DNA of 63,363 nucleotides, counting the filler, from Octopus bimaculoides (taxonomy: Eukaryota), in the NCBI RefSeq assembly GCF_001194135.2. It is 5 parts of 3 records of this genome, joined end to end, with 100 filler letters (N's around TTAATTAATTAA, not from the genome) between each part and the next. Parts side by side here need not be neighbours in the genome. Positions count along the whole stretch, not along the records: positions 15,549 to 33,012 come from NC_068982.1; positions 33,113 to 43,848 come from NC_068994.1; 3 more parts are not named here. One strand, given 5' to 3'. Within the stretch, counting starts at the first letter, position 1, and the number at the start of each line of letters is the position of its first letter. Positions 25,781 through 38,763 of the stretch are shown piece by piece. The notes beneath the pieces were generated by a model, which made no database searches, was not told the origin of the DNA, and saw only the letters and a program-made list of their open reading frames with translations. The position numbers and the translations under genes are program-made.

Positions 25781-27081
25781 AATAATAAATGGAGCAAAAC
25801 GCATATAATCAATAAGTTCCTTTAATTCCTACAAATGTTTCAAAATTTATGCGCACTCTACTCCAAAAAAGTGAAAGGTGCTGGATATGTAATATAATAT
25901 AAATAATACATAAATATATGCATATATCCATGCATATATGTACTACCTACTTCTATATGTATACATACATGCATATATGGGTACAGGATATCAAAAAAAC
26001 GTTAAACACAATGAGAAACGAAAACATAAGAACGAAAGCATAGAAAACGAACTTTTTTCGAACAACGAAAAAAAAAAAACAAACAAACAGAGAAATGAGA
26101 CATGCAACATAAAGAGTATAACCCTTTGTCAGTTGTCCCTGTTCCATCTACTCCGCGTTTCGAAGGCAAGGACAACACGCGAATTCGTTGAAACAGTCCT
26201 TCCCGCAAAGAGCAAGTTAAATAAAATTTGGGATAAAGCCATTATTGAGAGTCAAGATACTCGGGTTTTAGAAAGGGGACAAAAATCGTCCTGGTAGCGG
26301 CTATCGAGAACGCCAGATGTATTGCAATCTTTGTGAACCTTCCCAATGTATTCGCAGGCGGAAACATGCCTAGTAGAGATCTTTCAATTCCGACAAATAA
26401 GCAACGGTTAACGATACATTCGCTGATACTGCGTAAAGCAACAGGGCTGAATGAAAATAAGCCGTACAGAGTTGAAACACCATTAAATTCAATATATATA
26501 TATACGTATATGTATATATATTCATACGGACGTTTTGGATAATAAACGTGTAAAATAACCCAGAACAAAACGCAGAATATAAGTATCATTTTATTAGCTA
26601 ATAGTGCAAAAAGTGTCTCTCTAAGGCCTAATTTCATATCTAGGTACTTGGTATATTTTCTGACATATAACATTTACACTCCACTATAAGCCCTTGAGCG
26701 ATCTTCCTCGAAACATAAACCAATTACTCGCCTGTATACATAGATACAANNNNNNNNNNNNNNNNNNNNNNNNNNNNNNNNNNNNNNNNNNNNNNNNNNN
26801 NNNNNNNNNNNNNNNNNNNNNNNNNNNNNNNNNNNNNNNNNNNNNNNNNTATACATATACATATACATATGCATATATATATTTCCTTCAGAAAACTGGT
26901 GCCTACCCACAGTCATGAATAAGTATGTTTTATAATTTTTATCATGATTGGCTTTTCCCAATAAACTTTATATTATTGAACTGGAATTAATAAGGGTATA
27001 CCTATACATATATGCATACAAATACACACAGACACAGACACAGACATACATATATATATTCATGTGTGCATGCTCATATAT

Positions 27082-27130
<49 letters not shown>

Positions 27131-27541
27131 AAGGCGCAGACATTGATACACATACACATATATTTACATACACACACAGATATATACAAATATATATATA
27201 TATATATTATGCACTTACATACATGCACACATACATACGTACATACATACATTCCTACATGTATACGTACGTTTATAACATCTGCGTGCTATTTTTATGA
27301 AGAGTTGTAACCGCTATAAAACAACTCCACTTCACAATAATAAACTCCATCTTTCTTTTTTTATATGAGTCTGAACCTAACCCACTCCCGTCAGTCACCC
27401 AAACAGTCCTTCCCGCCATCGCAAAGAATCGCACGTACAATGACGGCCTAAATATGGTGATAAATTTCGCAGCTTTTTATTCTTCAGTAAATCATTTTAG
27501 TGTGTATTCTTGTATTTATATTTTGGTATTTGGTATATTGA

Positions 27542-27546
<5 letters not shown>

Positions 27547-27605
<59 letters not shown>
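27547..27605. repeat. (ATT)n microsatellite
   Basis: Direct reading. Confidence 0.95.
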
Positions 27606-27896
27606 GATGGTATTATTAGAGAGGGGAGTTTTTTTTCTTTCTTTCTGTACAGTTCGTGACTACGTAAAGAAGGAAATAGTCGACCACATATGTATATATT
27701 CTCTGTCGAATGTAAAAATCTACTATAATCAGTCATAAGCATGCACTAAAATCGATCGCGGTTCTCAAACAGACGCACACACGCTATCTCTAATGCACAC
27801 AAACACACAAACACACAGACATATGTTCTTTCATTCACTCCGACCAGCAGGTAATAAATCACAGAATTACACTCACTGAAGTAGTTACATATTTGC

Positions 27897-27964
<68 letters not shown>

Positions 27965-28034
27965 GTCTGTCTGTCTGTCTGTCTGTCTGTGTATGTATGT
28001 ATCTATCTATCTATCTACCTATCTATCTATCTAT

Positions 28035-29232
28035 TCGCCGTTTGTGCGTCGAGCTTTCCCGCAACTTGTCTCCTTGGCCGAACTGCTGTCTTGGATCAAA
28101 CATAGACTGAGGCTAGGCGAATCGCACTGCGACTGTCGCGTTGCTCTCATGCAACTCTGCCGTACGGGACCAAACTTGTGCGACTTCATTACAACAAAGG
28201 CGTTCTACAGAGGATTAGTGGTGGGGTGGTTCGACGACGTTCTCGGGCAGAATCCGGGCGTCGGCGACGATTTGACCCGCCTGTTCAGGACAACTTTCGG
28301 GCCGGGACCTATGGATAATCACTAAAGATCCCTGGCCTGCCAGTACTATCGAGAAGCATTGCCTTTTCGGGATAAGCTCTACAGGCACAGCTCGAGACAC
28401 ACCGGACCGACTTACCCGAGATGCCGTCAGAGCGACGAAACCATTCTGCATGCACTCGTGCAGTGTCCAACCATTTCGGACCTGTGGGCTTATGCTGAAC
28501 AGCGGCTGTCAGGTGTGGGACGAGTCCGCCTGTCGGCCGCGTCTATCATCAGAATTGATCCACCACCTTCCCTCAACCGAGAAGGTAAGGCAGTTTTCAT
28601 CGTGCTGGTGGCCATGGTGAAAGAATGTGTGTGGTGGACTTGAGTGAAAGGATTAGAGACAAACAGTTACCTCTCTGGGCAATCGCTCATCAATTTTTTC
28701 AAGTATCACTTGAAAAGGAAGGTGGTAATGGAGAGGCAGATTTTGTCTCGTGAAAGTTTCAAAAATGGTGGGTGAATGTAGCAAAGATGGTGCGTGCAAG
28801 TGACGAAACCACTTTGAGTATGATCCTGTAAATCGAAAAAAGAGAAAGAGAGAGCACTTTGCTCTCATGTGCTTATTCCTTCCNNNNNNNNNNGAGTATG
28901 ATCCTGTAAATCGAAAAAAGAGAAAGAGAGAGCACTTTGCTCTCATGTGCTTATTCCTTCCCTGCCTGAGGTTACCCTGGTCTTTTCCGTAGGCTATTCT
29001 TTCCACGGATTAAGCCTAATCTTTCTTCTTACATTTAAAAAATTTCTTCTGTGGTACCGATACACAATCCCTTTTGATCACCTTTTTGTTTTTTTCCCGA
29101 CCTCTTTTGATCAGAATTTTACTTTTTGTTCTCTTCTTCCCCCTTTTTCTTTTTCATTTTCGAAAAGAAAAGGCTCTACATTTCTATTTGTCCCCCTCCC
29201 TTGTTTAGCCCTGTGTGGCCAATAAAGAAAGT
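28035..29232 (+). mobile_element. 5'-truncated Tx1/L1-clade LINE inside a (TATC)n array
   Basis: ORF2 C-terminus RSLA.QYYREALP.RDKLYRH...PRCRQSDETILHALVQCP..LW (zf-RVT/CCHC-like), stop near 28830, T-rich 3' UTR ending aataaagaaa. (TATC)n on both sides. Confidence 0.85.
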
Positions 29233-29287
<55 letters not shown>

Positions 29288-29784
29288 GTCTATTTATCTA
29301 TCTATCTACCTTTCTATCTATCTATCCCCTCAGTGTTCGGCCCTAGGTAGCTAATAAAGAAAATTATCTATCTATCTAGCTATCTCTCCCCCTATCTCTC
29401 TCTCTATTTTCATCTCTGCTCCCCTCTTTACGCCCTTCCTCGATGTACGCACGTCTATGCAGTTACTCTATCCAGATTCAGGTTTATACCTGTAATTACT
29501 GGATCCCTGGGATATGTAACACACTATCTAAATTACAATCTTGAGAAATTAGACTTCTCAAAACCAGAAAGGAGAAAGCTGATTTGAAGACTACAGGTCC
29601 AATCCATCACTGGAACTGTAAAAATCTGTAAAACTTTCCAGAAGTTTATCATTTAAGTATATATGAGCAAGTATATGTATGTGAATACGTACATAAAACA
29701 TACAAACCTGCACATACATACATGCATACATGCATACATACATACATACATACATAAATACACGCATATATACATGCATACATT

Positions 29785-29908
29785 CATACATAAAAACAAA
29801 AATACCCTGTTGTTGATGTTGAAATTCCAATGAAGGAACCTTGGATCTAGTTCAGAAACCGGTTCTTTCTCTATTGGCAAGAAATCTTGAAATAAATTGA
29901 ATAGTGAC

Positions 29909-29946
<38 letters not shown>

Positions 29947-29957
29947 GCATACATACA

Positions 29958-29991
<34 letters not shown>

Positions 29992-30105
29992 CAAAAATAT
30001 CCTGTTGTTGATGTTGGAATTCCAATGAAGGAATCTTGGGTCTAGGTTAGAAACCGGTTCCTTCTCTATTAGCAAGAAATCTTGAAATAAACTGAATAAT
30101 GACAT
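29785..30105 (+). repeat. Two head-to-tail copies of a ~115-bp retroposon-like 3' end, each followed by (CATA)n or CATA-rich sequence
   Basis: aaaata-cctgttgttgatgttg-aattccaatgaagga...agaaaccggttc...aagaaatcttgaaataaa-tgaata-tgac at about 29790 and 29994. Confidence 0.8.
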
Positions 30106-30554
30106 ACATAAATATACGCATACACAGATACATAGATACATAGATAGATATATACATACAAACACACCTTTGCTACCAAGTAGGTGGGCGGTCAAGATCT
30201 ATTCTAAATTTTAAAAAATGTAAGAGAACATACATGCACACAAACACAGACAGACATACACGTACAGATACATGCAAAACTATATACGCACACTTAAAAT
30301 GATAGATTATTTGGAAGATGTTGCATACTTCGAAGTTGACACAGCAGGTGGCTAAGTTGTAATAAAATAAAGGAAACAAAGTTGCAAACAAGAAATTTAT
30401 TATTACATAATACATACGGTTAAAATATTTTATGAATTAGCTGTGAGAGAAAATACAATGTAAAACCACTATGAAGTACAACTGCATGAAAATGATAATG
30501 TGTTTAGATTAGTATAACAGAAAATCGAATTTGTGAGTTGCTATTAGCGTTTCT

Positions 30555-31090
30555 TAGTTAGACGCAGGAGTGGCTGTGACGAAAGTGGCTTGCTTGATTG
30601 GGTTGGGTCAAAAGCTGTTTTGACCCTGTGGACTCAATCAGCCAAAGATCTGGTCTTCCCAGATTTTTTAAGGATGGCCAGGCACAGGTATACGGTGATC
30701 CTTGAGGGATGTCCCTCCCAAGTGTCACCGGTGCCTGGAGCCTGGCCACATTAAGAAAAACTGTCTCCAGGATCAGAGTAGTGTCCTGGAGCAGTTAATA
30801 AACGTAGTTCCCCTCGCTCCCCCACTGGAGGGAGAGATGGAGGAAGTTGAGGAGGTGGAAAACTCGAAGAAATGGAAAAAAGAAAGAAGGTGGGCAACAA
30901 TGGTTGACCACCGAAGGACTCTAAGGCTTCGGGAGGTGGGGGAGAGACTCCGGACAAAGCGGAAGAGCTCCACTCTCCCGAAGTCAGGAAGAAAAGAAAA
31001 AAAAAGAAGAACGTGTCGTTCCAGGTGGACGATGATGTGCCGTCTGCATGTCCCGAAGTTGTGCCACCTAAGGTGGAAGAAACATGTTAA
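30555..31090 (+). pseudogene. L1/Tx1-like ORF1 fragment with gag-type zinc knuckle
   Basis: CHRCLEPGHIKKNC (C-x2-C-x4-H-x4-C), preceded by YTVILEG and followed by a charged tail. Frameshifted. Confidence 0.65.
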
Positions 31091-31589
31091 GTAAGAGGTT
31101 TTAGTTCCTCCTTTTTGTAAGAGGTTTGAAACCTTATATTGNNNNNNNNNNNNNNNNNNNNNNNNNNNNNNNNNNNNNNNNNNNNNNNNNNNNNNNNNNN
31201 NNNNNNNNNNNNNNNNNNNNNNNNNNNNNNNNNNNNNNNNNNNNNNNNNNNNNNNNNNNNNNNNNNNNNNNNNNNNNNNNNNNNNNNNNNNNNNNNNNNN
31301 NNNNNNNNNNNNNNNNNNNNNNNNNNNNNNNNNNNNNNNNNNNNNNNNNNNNNNNNNNNNNNNNNNNNNNNNNNNNNNNNNNNNNNNNNNNNNNNNNNNN
31401 NNNNNNNNNNNNNNNNNNNNNNNNNNNNNNNNNNNNNNNNNNNNNNNNNNNNNNNNNNNNNNNNNNNNNNNNNNNNNNNNNNNNNNNNNNNNNNNNNNNN
31501 NNNNNNNNNNNNNNNNNNNNNNNNNNNNNNNNNNNNNNNNNNNNNNNNNNNNNNNNNNNNNNNNNNNNNNNNNNNNNNNNNNNNNNNNA

Positions 31590-31700
31590 TAGAATAAGTA
31601 CTAGACTTACAAAGAATAAGTTCTGGGGTCGATTTGTTCGACTAAATGCGGTGCTCCAGCATGGCCACAGTCAAATGACTGAAATTTAAAAAAAGAATAA
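31590..31700 (+). mobile_element. SINE family A 3' tail
   Basis: agaataagtactagacttacaaagaataagttctggggtcgatttg...gtgctccagcatggccacagtc. Confidence 0.8.
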
Positions 31701-31744
31701 AACAAAAGAAAAGGGTGTCAACAACATTGTTTTCACATTTTAGC

Positions 31745-32635
31745 ACAATACCAGCAATTCTAGGGGAGGGGATAAGATGGTTATATGTATTTTATCGACT
31801 CCGAAAAGATGAATGCAAAGTTAACCTCGATGGAGTTTCAACTCAAAACGCAAAGCCGGACGAAATACCACTCAGAATTTTGTCCGGGTGTTAACGATTC
31901 TGCCAGCTCAAAGGAAGACAATGATATTGGTTTCACATCCTGGGAGACGATTACATCAATCCCAATATTCAACTGGTACTTATTTTATCGACCCCGAAAT
32001 GATGAAAGGCAAAATCGACCTTGGTGAAATTTGAACTCCGAACGTAAGGAAAGACTAAATGCCCTAAAGGGAGTCAATGATACTCATGATCGTATGTCAG
32101 GAGTTAGTGTGGACACCGTTAAATAAGAAATTAATTCATTAATACTGATAAACTTTCTGAGAAAAATTTTGAAATAGATTGTATAACGGCAGCATTTCGT
32201 AATATTCCAACATTTTCTACTCCAGGTACAAGGCCCGAAAATTTTGGGGAGTGGGGCCAGTCGATTAGATCGACCTCAGTACTCAACTGATACTTTGTTT
32301 ATCGACCCCGAAAAGATGAAAGGCAAAGTCGTTCTCGGCGGAATTTGAACTCAGACCGTAAAGACAGACGAAATAGCGCTAAGCATTTCGCCCGGCGTGC
32401 TAAAGTTTCCGCGAGCTCGCCGCCTTAAAATTTCAACATATTCTTTTTTACTCTGAGCACAAGGCCCGAAATTTTTGGGGAGGGGGTAGTCGATTAGATC
32501 GACCCCAGTACTCAACCCGAAAAGATGAAAGGCAAAGCCGATCTCGGCGGAATTTGAACTCAGATCGTATAGACAGACGAAATACCGCTGAGCATTTCGC
32601 CCGGTTTGTTAATGATTCTGCTAGCTCTCCGCTTT
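31745..32635 (-). mobile_element. Array of four Meta-like SINEs
   Basis: Cores atcgac-ccgaaa-gatgaa-ggcaaa at about 31795, 31990, 32302 and 32515. Confidence 0.85.
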
Positions 32636-32804
32636 AATATTCTAACATATTATTAAAGAAAATAAGGAAGGTACCTTACAAATATCCTGAAATTGTAATT
32701 GATTAGAAAATATTGGGATGTTTGTGTTAAATGTATATAAAAATAGAGACAATGTTAGAATAATGAATAGAGTTTTAATAGCGTTAAAAATATATTGAAC
32801 ATTA

Positions 32805-32968
32805 AGCGCAGCGTGGTTGTGTGGTAAGAAGTCTGCTTCCCAGCCACATTGTTCCGGATTTACTTCCACTGCGTGGCACCTTGGGCAAATGTGTTTTACT
32901 ATAGCCTCGTGTTGACCAAAGCCTTGTAAGTGGATTTGGTAGACAGAAACTGAAAGAAGCCTGTCGTA

Positions 32969-32970
<2 letters not shown>
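32805..32970 (+). mobile_element. SINE family A 5' half
   Basis: gcgtggttgtgtggtaagaagtctgcttccc...caccttgggcaa...gtggatttggtagacagaaactgaaagaagcc, running into a (TC)n tract and the contig end. Confidence 0.85.
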
Positions 32971-33012
<42 letters not shown>

Positions 33013-33112
33013 NNNNNNNNNNNNNNNNNNNNNNNNNNNNNNNNNNNNNNNNNNNNTTAATTAATTAANNNNNNNNNNNNNNNNNNNNNNNNNNNNNNNN
33101 NNNNNNNNNNNN
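33013..33112. other. Artificial contig linker
   Basis: Same 44N-TTAATTAATTAA-44N structure. Confidence 0.97.
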
Positions 33113-33142
33113 CATTATATTAAACATTTGCGAAGAGGAACC

Positions 33143-33440
33143 ATGCCACGCACAAAAAAATTCAACAGAACTGTCAGATTTTCAAAGAGGACGTATTGTT
33201 GGACGATCTGAGACTGGTCTTAGCCAGCGAAAAATTGCCGAAAATCTTCAGATTCCTCTTGCTACTGTTAATAAAATTACAGGGCAATTCAAAAGCCAAG
33301 GAAAAGAATCAGGAGATTCTCATCCCGGACGACTTGGGCCCTTGGAAAGAAAGCTTCACTGCTTGAAGAGAATTGTGGAAAACGAACCCCGATCGAAAGC
33401 TTCTGACATTGCAAAACAGCTAGAAGTTAGTCCAAGAACA
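33143..33440 (+). mobile_element. Tc1-family transposase N-terminal fragment
   Basis: MPRTKK(fs)TELSDFQRGRIVGRSETGLSQRKIAENLQIPLATVNKI...HPGR...KRIVENEPR, the paired-like HTH of Tc1. Confidence 0.85.
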
Positions 33441-35051
33441 TGTGTTACATAAGTATGCTTACTATTATTTTTATTGGCAAGATTCTCAAATTTACTTGGA
33501 AGCCGAACGTCTCACGCAACGCTTGTATCAGTGACTTATGCGACTGAAGACTCTTGAGTTACTATTAATTTCTACAACTAATAAATCACATACGCACACG
33601 CAAATGCACATACAAGCTCACAAAAACACATACAGAGGCGCGCATGTGTTTATGGAGAAAGAATGCATAAAACTCGTCAAAATTAGCATGAATGCCCTGT
33701 GTATGCACTCACACTTACATATATACACTACGTCATACACAGACATAAGATAGCAATTCCACATTACTTAAAGTCTCGTGGGCGTACATCACGATCATCT
33801 TGTCTGATCTTCGAGTGCCTGACAATGCAGACGTGACGTACGCCTGCAAAATTTTAAGCAAAATGGAGCGGTGTAAGTATTTCATTAAACGTATGTTACT
33901 ACACCCATGTTTCCATGCAATTCATGTCACAGGGTCAGATAAGCCCCGAAACTACAATGCAAAATGTCTACGAAAATTTGTATGCAGTTTGATCGTATCC
34001 GTGTGCATAACTTGGCGAAACGAACTTCTAAATCAAATACCCATTATTAATAAAGCGTTTTACATTTACTTATAAATATTTGCATAACTTAATATACATG
34101 AGACATAAGCTCACACGTATATGCACATGACTACACTCACATACATAAATATATGNNNNNNNNNNNNNNNNNNNNNNNNNNNNNNNNNNNNNNNNNNNNN
34201 NNNNNNNNNNNNNNNNNNNNNNNNNNNNNNNNNNNNNNNNNNNNNNNNNNNNNNNNNNNNNNNNNNNNNNNNNNNNNNNNNNNNNNNNNNNNNNNNNNNN
34301 NNNNNNNNNNNNNNNNNNNNNNNNNNNNNNNNNNNNNNNNNNNNNNNNNNNNNNNNNNNNNNNNNNNNNNNNNNNNNNNNNNNNNNNNNNNNNNNNNNNN
34401 NNNNNNNNNNNNNNNNNNNNNNNNNNNNNNNNNNNNNNNNNNNNNNNNNNNNNNNNNNNNNNNNNNNNNNNNNNNNNNNNNNNNNNNNNNNNNNNNNNNN
34501 NNNNNNNNNNNNNNNNNNNNNNNNNNNNNNNNNNNNNNNNNNNNNNNNNNNNNNNNNNNNNNNNNNNNNNNNNNNNNNNNNNNNNNNNNNNNNNNNNNNN
34601 NNNNNNNNNNNNNNNNNNNNNNNNNNNNNNNNNNNNNNNNNNNNNNNNNNNNNNNNNNNNNNNNNNNNNNNNNNNNNNNNNNNNNNNNNNNNNNNNNNNN
34701 NNNNNNNNNNNNNNNNNNNNNNNNNNNNNNNNNNNNNNNNNNNNNNNNNNNNNNNNNNNNNNNNNNNNNNNNNNNNNNNNNNNNNNNNNNNNNNNNNNNN
34801 NNNNNNNNNNNNNNNNNNNNNNNNNNNNNNNNNNNNNNNNNNNNNNNNNNNNNNNNNNNNNNNNNNNNNNNNNNNNNNNNNNNNNNNNNNNNNNNNNNNN
34901 NNNNNNNNNNNNNNNNNNNNNNNNNNNNNNNNNNNNNNNNNNNNNNNNNNNNNNNNNNNNNNNNNNNNNNNNNNNNNNNNNNNNNNNNNNNNNNNNNNNN
35001 NNNNNNNNNNNNNNNNNNNNNNNNNNNNNNNNNNNNNNNNNNNNNNNNNNN

Positions 35052-35082
<31 letters not shown>

Positions 35083-36515
35083 AATAAATATATAAATTTA
35101 TATAAATATATATATTATATAACACAGATACAGAAATGCATCACATTCATCATTTTCAAGAATCATATCTTCACATATTCCTTAGTGGCGCGTTGGAAAT
35201 TACATCTTTTTATTTTCCTGGTGGGGTTCTTCTTATTATTCATTAGGCACTAAGAATTAATTGCTAATTACCGCTGTAATGACATTTCTAAAGCCAGAAC
35301 TAAACGTTGTCGGTGAAGGAACTTTTAATTAATGGTATTATGTCTGCAATTGTTGACTAAGAAACTTTAGATTCAGTTGTCGTTTCGGCAGTAGATCACG
35401 ATTTGCTGGAGACAAAAATCTCTTTCAGAACACATAACATCGTACTGTGATTAGATTGAAGACGTTCATATATATATACAAACACGCTTATATATCTCCA
35501 TACATACACAAAAATTCAGATGAAATCATAGTCTGTTTGACTGTATCTCTCTCTTTCCCTTTCTCGAACTGAGACGTACTCACAAGCAGGCACACATACT
35601 AACATATATATACCAACATATATACAAACAGATATATATATATATATNNNNNNNNNNNNNNNNNNNNNNNNNNNNNNNNNNNNNNNNNNNNNNNNNNNNN
35701 NNNNNNNNNNNNNNNNNNNNNNNNNNNNNNNNNNNNNNNNNNNNNNNTATGGAGAGAGAAGTACAGATAGAGTGATCAATAAATAGGTAGATAAAGATAT
35801 ATACATATAAATTATATACATATAGATAAATGTGTGTGTGTATTAGTGCACATATATAACTAAAATTGCAGATGTTAATGAATATGTACATAATTTTCGT
35901 ATGAGTATATATAAAGAGGCACTCATACATAAGTGTATAAATTTACATGTATAAGTAAGCTGATATGTGTGTGTACTTGTATAACTACACACACACATAG
36001 ACACACACACACACACACACACATATATACACACGTATATATTTGTGAGTGTGTGTGCGTGTATGCATTCTTAATATATGCAGTAATTGAAATACAATTA
36101 TGTACAATCTACTCTATTGTATAATAATACATAAATACCCATAGAATAATGACGTAATATTTACACAAATACAAGTACATAATAATACGCAAGATGTTTG
36201 CCTATACTGAAAAGCGCACACAGGGACTAATAGTTATTGAAACACACACAGAGCTACAATCTCACCTCATATATGCATGAATATTTCTACAGATAGTGTG
36301 ACTTTATATATGTATGCATGTATGTATCTATCCATATACATATATACGTATGTATATACAATTTGCTCGAGTATTTAATTTCGTCATCAATTTTATTTAC
36401 ACGCGTTTAACTCTCCAGAGTTTAGAGTTCCTTCGTAACAATACTTAATAGTTAACTAGAACTGTATTCTATATTGTAGCATACAGTTGAAGATAACAAA
36501 CAATTGAATCTTTTG

Positions 36516-37086
36516 CATGAATAGTCGTCTGAAGTTGATGTTGAATGATGAGGGATTCGGTTTCTACTTAAAGTAAGTGAAGAATGAAGACAATTTTCGT
36601 TGTCGTTGTTGTCATTTTACGTAGGATAGTGAAACAGGAAATTCAGAACAACGGTTCAAATTCGTTTTATCAGGTTTGTAAGATCTAACACCTGTACGCA
36701 AATATATGTGCGAAACATCCCACATACTTAAAATTTCTACCTCTACTGAGGTAGTTCTTAAAATATTTAAATAATAATCTGATCGCCGAAAGCGGGTGTA
36801 TAACCACTTAAATTTCTGTTTGCGTTAAATGTAGGAAGCGTTTTTCACCCAAGATCTTCAGAAAAAACAAAACAAATAAAACAAAACAAATATTTTTTTA
36901 AGCTGCGAGAAGCAGAGACCTCATCAGTGACACATTTTACAAAGCAATTTTTCAAAATTTCTTAATTTTATTTATATATTTCATCAAATATCTCTTCACA
37001 GATCACGAGTCAAATACTTTTAATGTTGCAGATGAAAACGATACCCAGAGGAGGTACTGCAATCAGTATTACAGAAGTAGAAAAAA
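36516..37086 (+). CDS. Candidate spliced micro-exons encoding a PDZ-like N-terminal half (partial, unverified)
   Basis: Putative exons 36516/36525-36572, 36625-36673 and 37032-37086 have GT/AG boundaries and compatible phases. Joined they read RLKLMLNDEGFGFYLKIVKQEIQNNGSNSFYQMKTIPRGGTAISITEVEK. The first intron is only 52 nt and no continuation was found. Confidence 0.3.
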
Positions 37087-38672
37087 GTATCAAATGTATT
37101 TTTTTTTAATGGATAATTAACATCATTACGGGAATGACCAAGAAATTTAATTAAGCAGTGAAAGGCTTAAGGAAAAATAATCTCTAACCCACAAGATCAA
37201 AGGAGAATGCTTTGATTTCTGAATTAGTTAATTGATTCCCAAATTAGTAAAATGAAGTCGTCTTTCTTATAGAGTTTTAGTGTNNNNNNNNNNNNNNNNN
37301 NNNNNNNNNNNNNNNNNNNNNNNNNNNNNNNNNNNNNNNNNNNNNNNNNNNNNNNNNNNNNNNNNNNNNNNNNNNNNNNNNNNNNNNNNNNNNNNNNNNN
37401 NNNNNNNNNNNNNNNNNNNNNNNNNNNNNNNNNNNNNNNNNNNNNNNNNNNNNNNNNNNNNNNNNNNNNNNNNNNNNNNNNNNNNNNNNNNNNNNNNNNN
37501 NNNNNNNNNNNNNNNNNNNNNNNNNNNNNNNNNNNNNNNNNNNNNNNNNNNNNNNNNNNNNNNNNNNNNNNNNNNNNNNNNNNNNNNNNNNNNNNNNNNN
37601 NNNNNNNNNNNNNNNNNNNNNNNNNNNNNNNNNNNNNNNATATATATATATATATACCTACATACATCTATATATGCATAAATAAACACAAATTCACACA
37701 CGCATGGATGCATATGTATATTCACACGTGCACAAACACACGCACACAAACACGTACACACATATATGTATGCATGCGTGTATGTATCTATGTGTATTTA
37801 TGTATGTATATAAAAGCCATATAAAGTCGCCGTTTTCTCTTCGTGAATTATCAATATTTTATATTGAAAATCTCAAACTTGAGAGCGTCCTTCCTTTCGC
37901 CATTTGCCAACACTATGGAATAACAACAGAAAAAATGGTATAGGCTCAAGCCAGAAAAGGTCACAGAAAACTAGAAAACAACCATAATCTAGGATATGCC
38001 AATACACACAGATAGATAAATTAGATAAAGCACATCATCAAGAATATGAAGATGTCTTTTGGCTGGGAGAAATGCCCTCAGTAATAATGACGTAGAATGA
38101 GAATTCGAGATGATTTGAACTATTTCGCAGTCAATAATAAAACAGAAACTGTTCAATTCATTTTTATATGAATATTTCTGTATATGTGAAATTAAAAATC
38201 TGAACATGTATTGTTTGAAAAATATGCGAAAGTATGAAAAAATATTGATATCATGTTGGTGCCTAAATTATTTTTAAACATCAATTTAATGAAACAATTA
38301 GCACATGTGTCATTAACACATTCTACCAAACCGTATAGAATTGTATTGTACTCTTGGAATGGAGCATTACACTTATTTATCTCCTCGGTTACAATACGGA
38401 AATTCTACTGAAGATGGCGCATGATACGTAGTATGTCAGAATATGAATTTAAATTAGAGATTCTGTTGCCAGTTGAGTCAGCCATGTTTCTATGACATAA
38501 CCAATATTTTTCGCCCATTTGAAAGGGTCAATAGGTGGAGTAACATTCATGATAGACGAGCAAGCTATTAACAGTTAGAGACAGTAGTGAAAAGAATACC
38601 TGTAACGCTTAGAATACAGATGACAAAAATGTATTGAATATAACCTGAGAAAATACATCTCACTGCACCATA

Positions 38673-38673
<1 letters not shown>

Positions 38674-38762
<89 letters not shown>
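38674..38762. repeat. (AAT)n microsatellite
   Basis: Direct reading. Confidence 0.95.

Positions 38763-38763
<1 letters not shown>

Noticed and set aside
26242-26446. Minus-strand acceptor followed by about 65 open codons
   Set aside because: No motif or donor support.
28816-28961. 68-bp direct repeat in the Tx1 3' UTR
   Set aside because: The copies are separated only by a 10-N gap, so it is an assembly overlap artefact.
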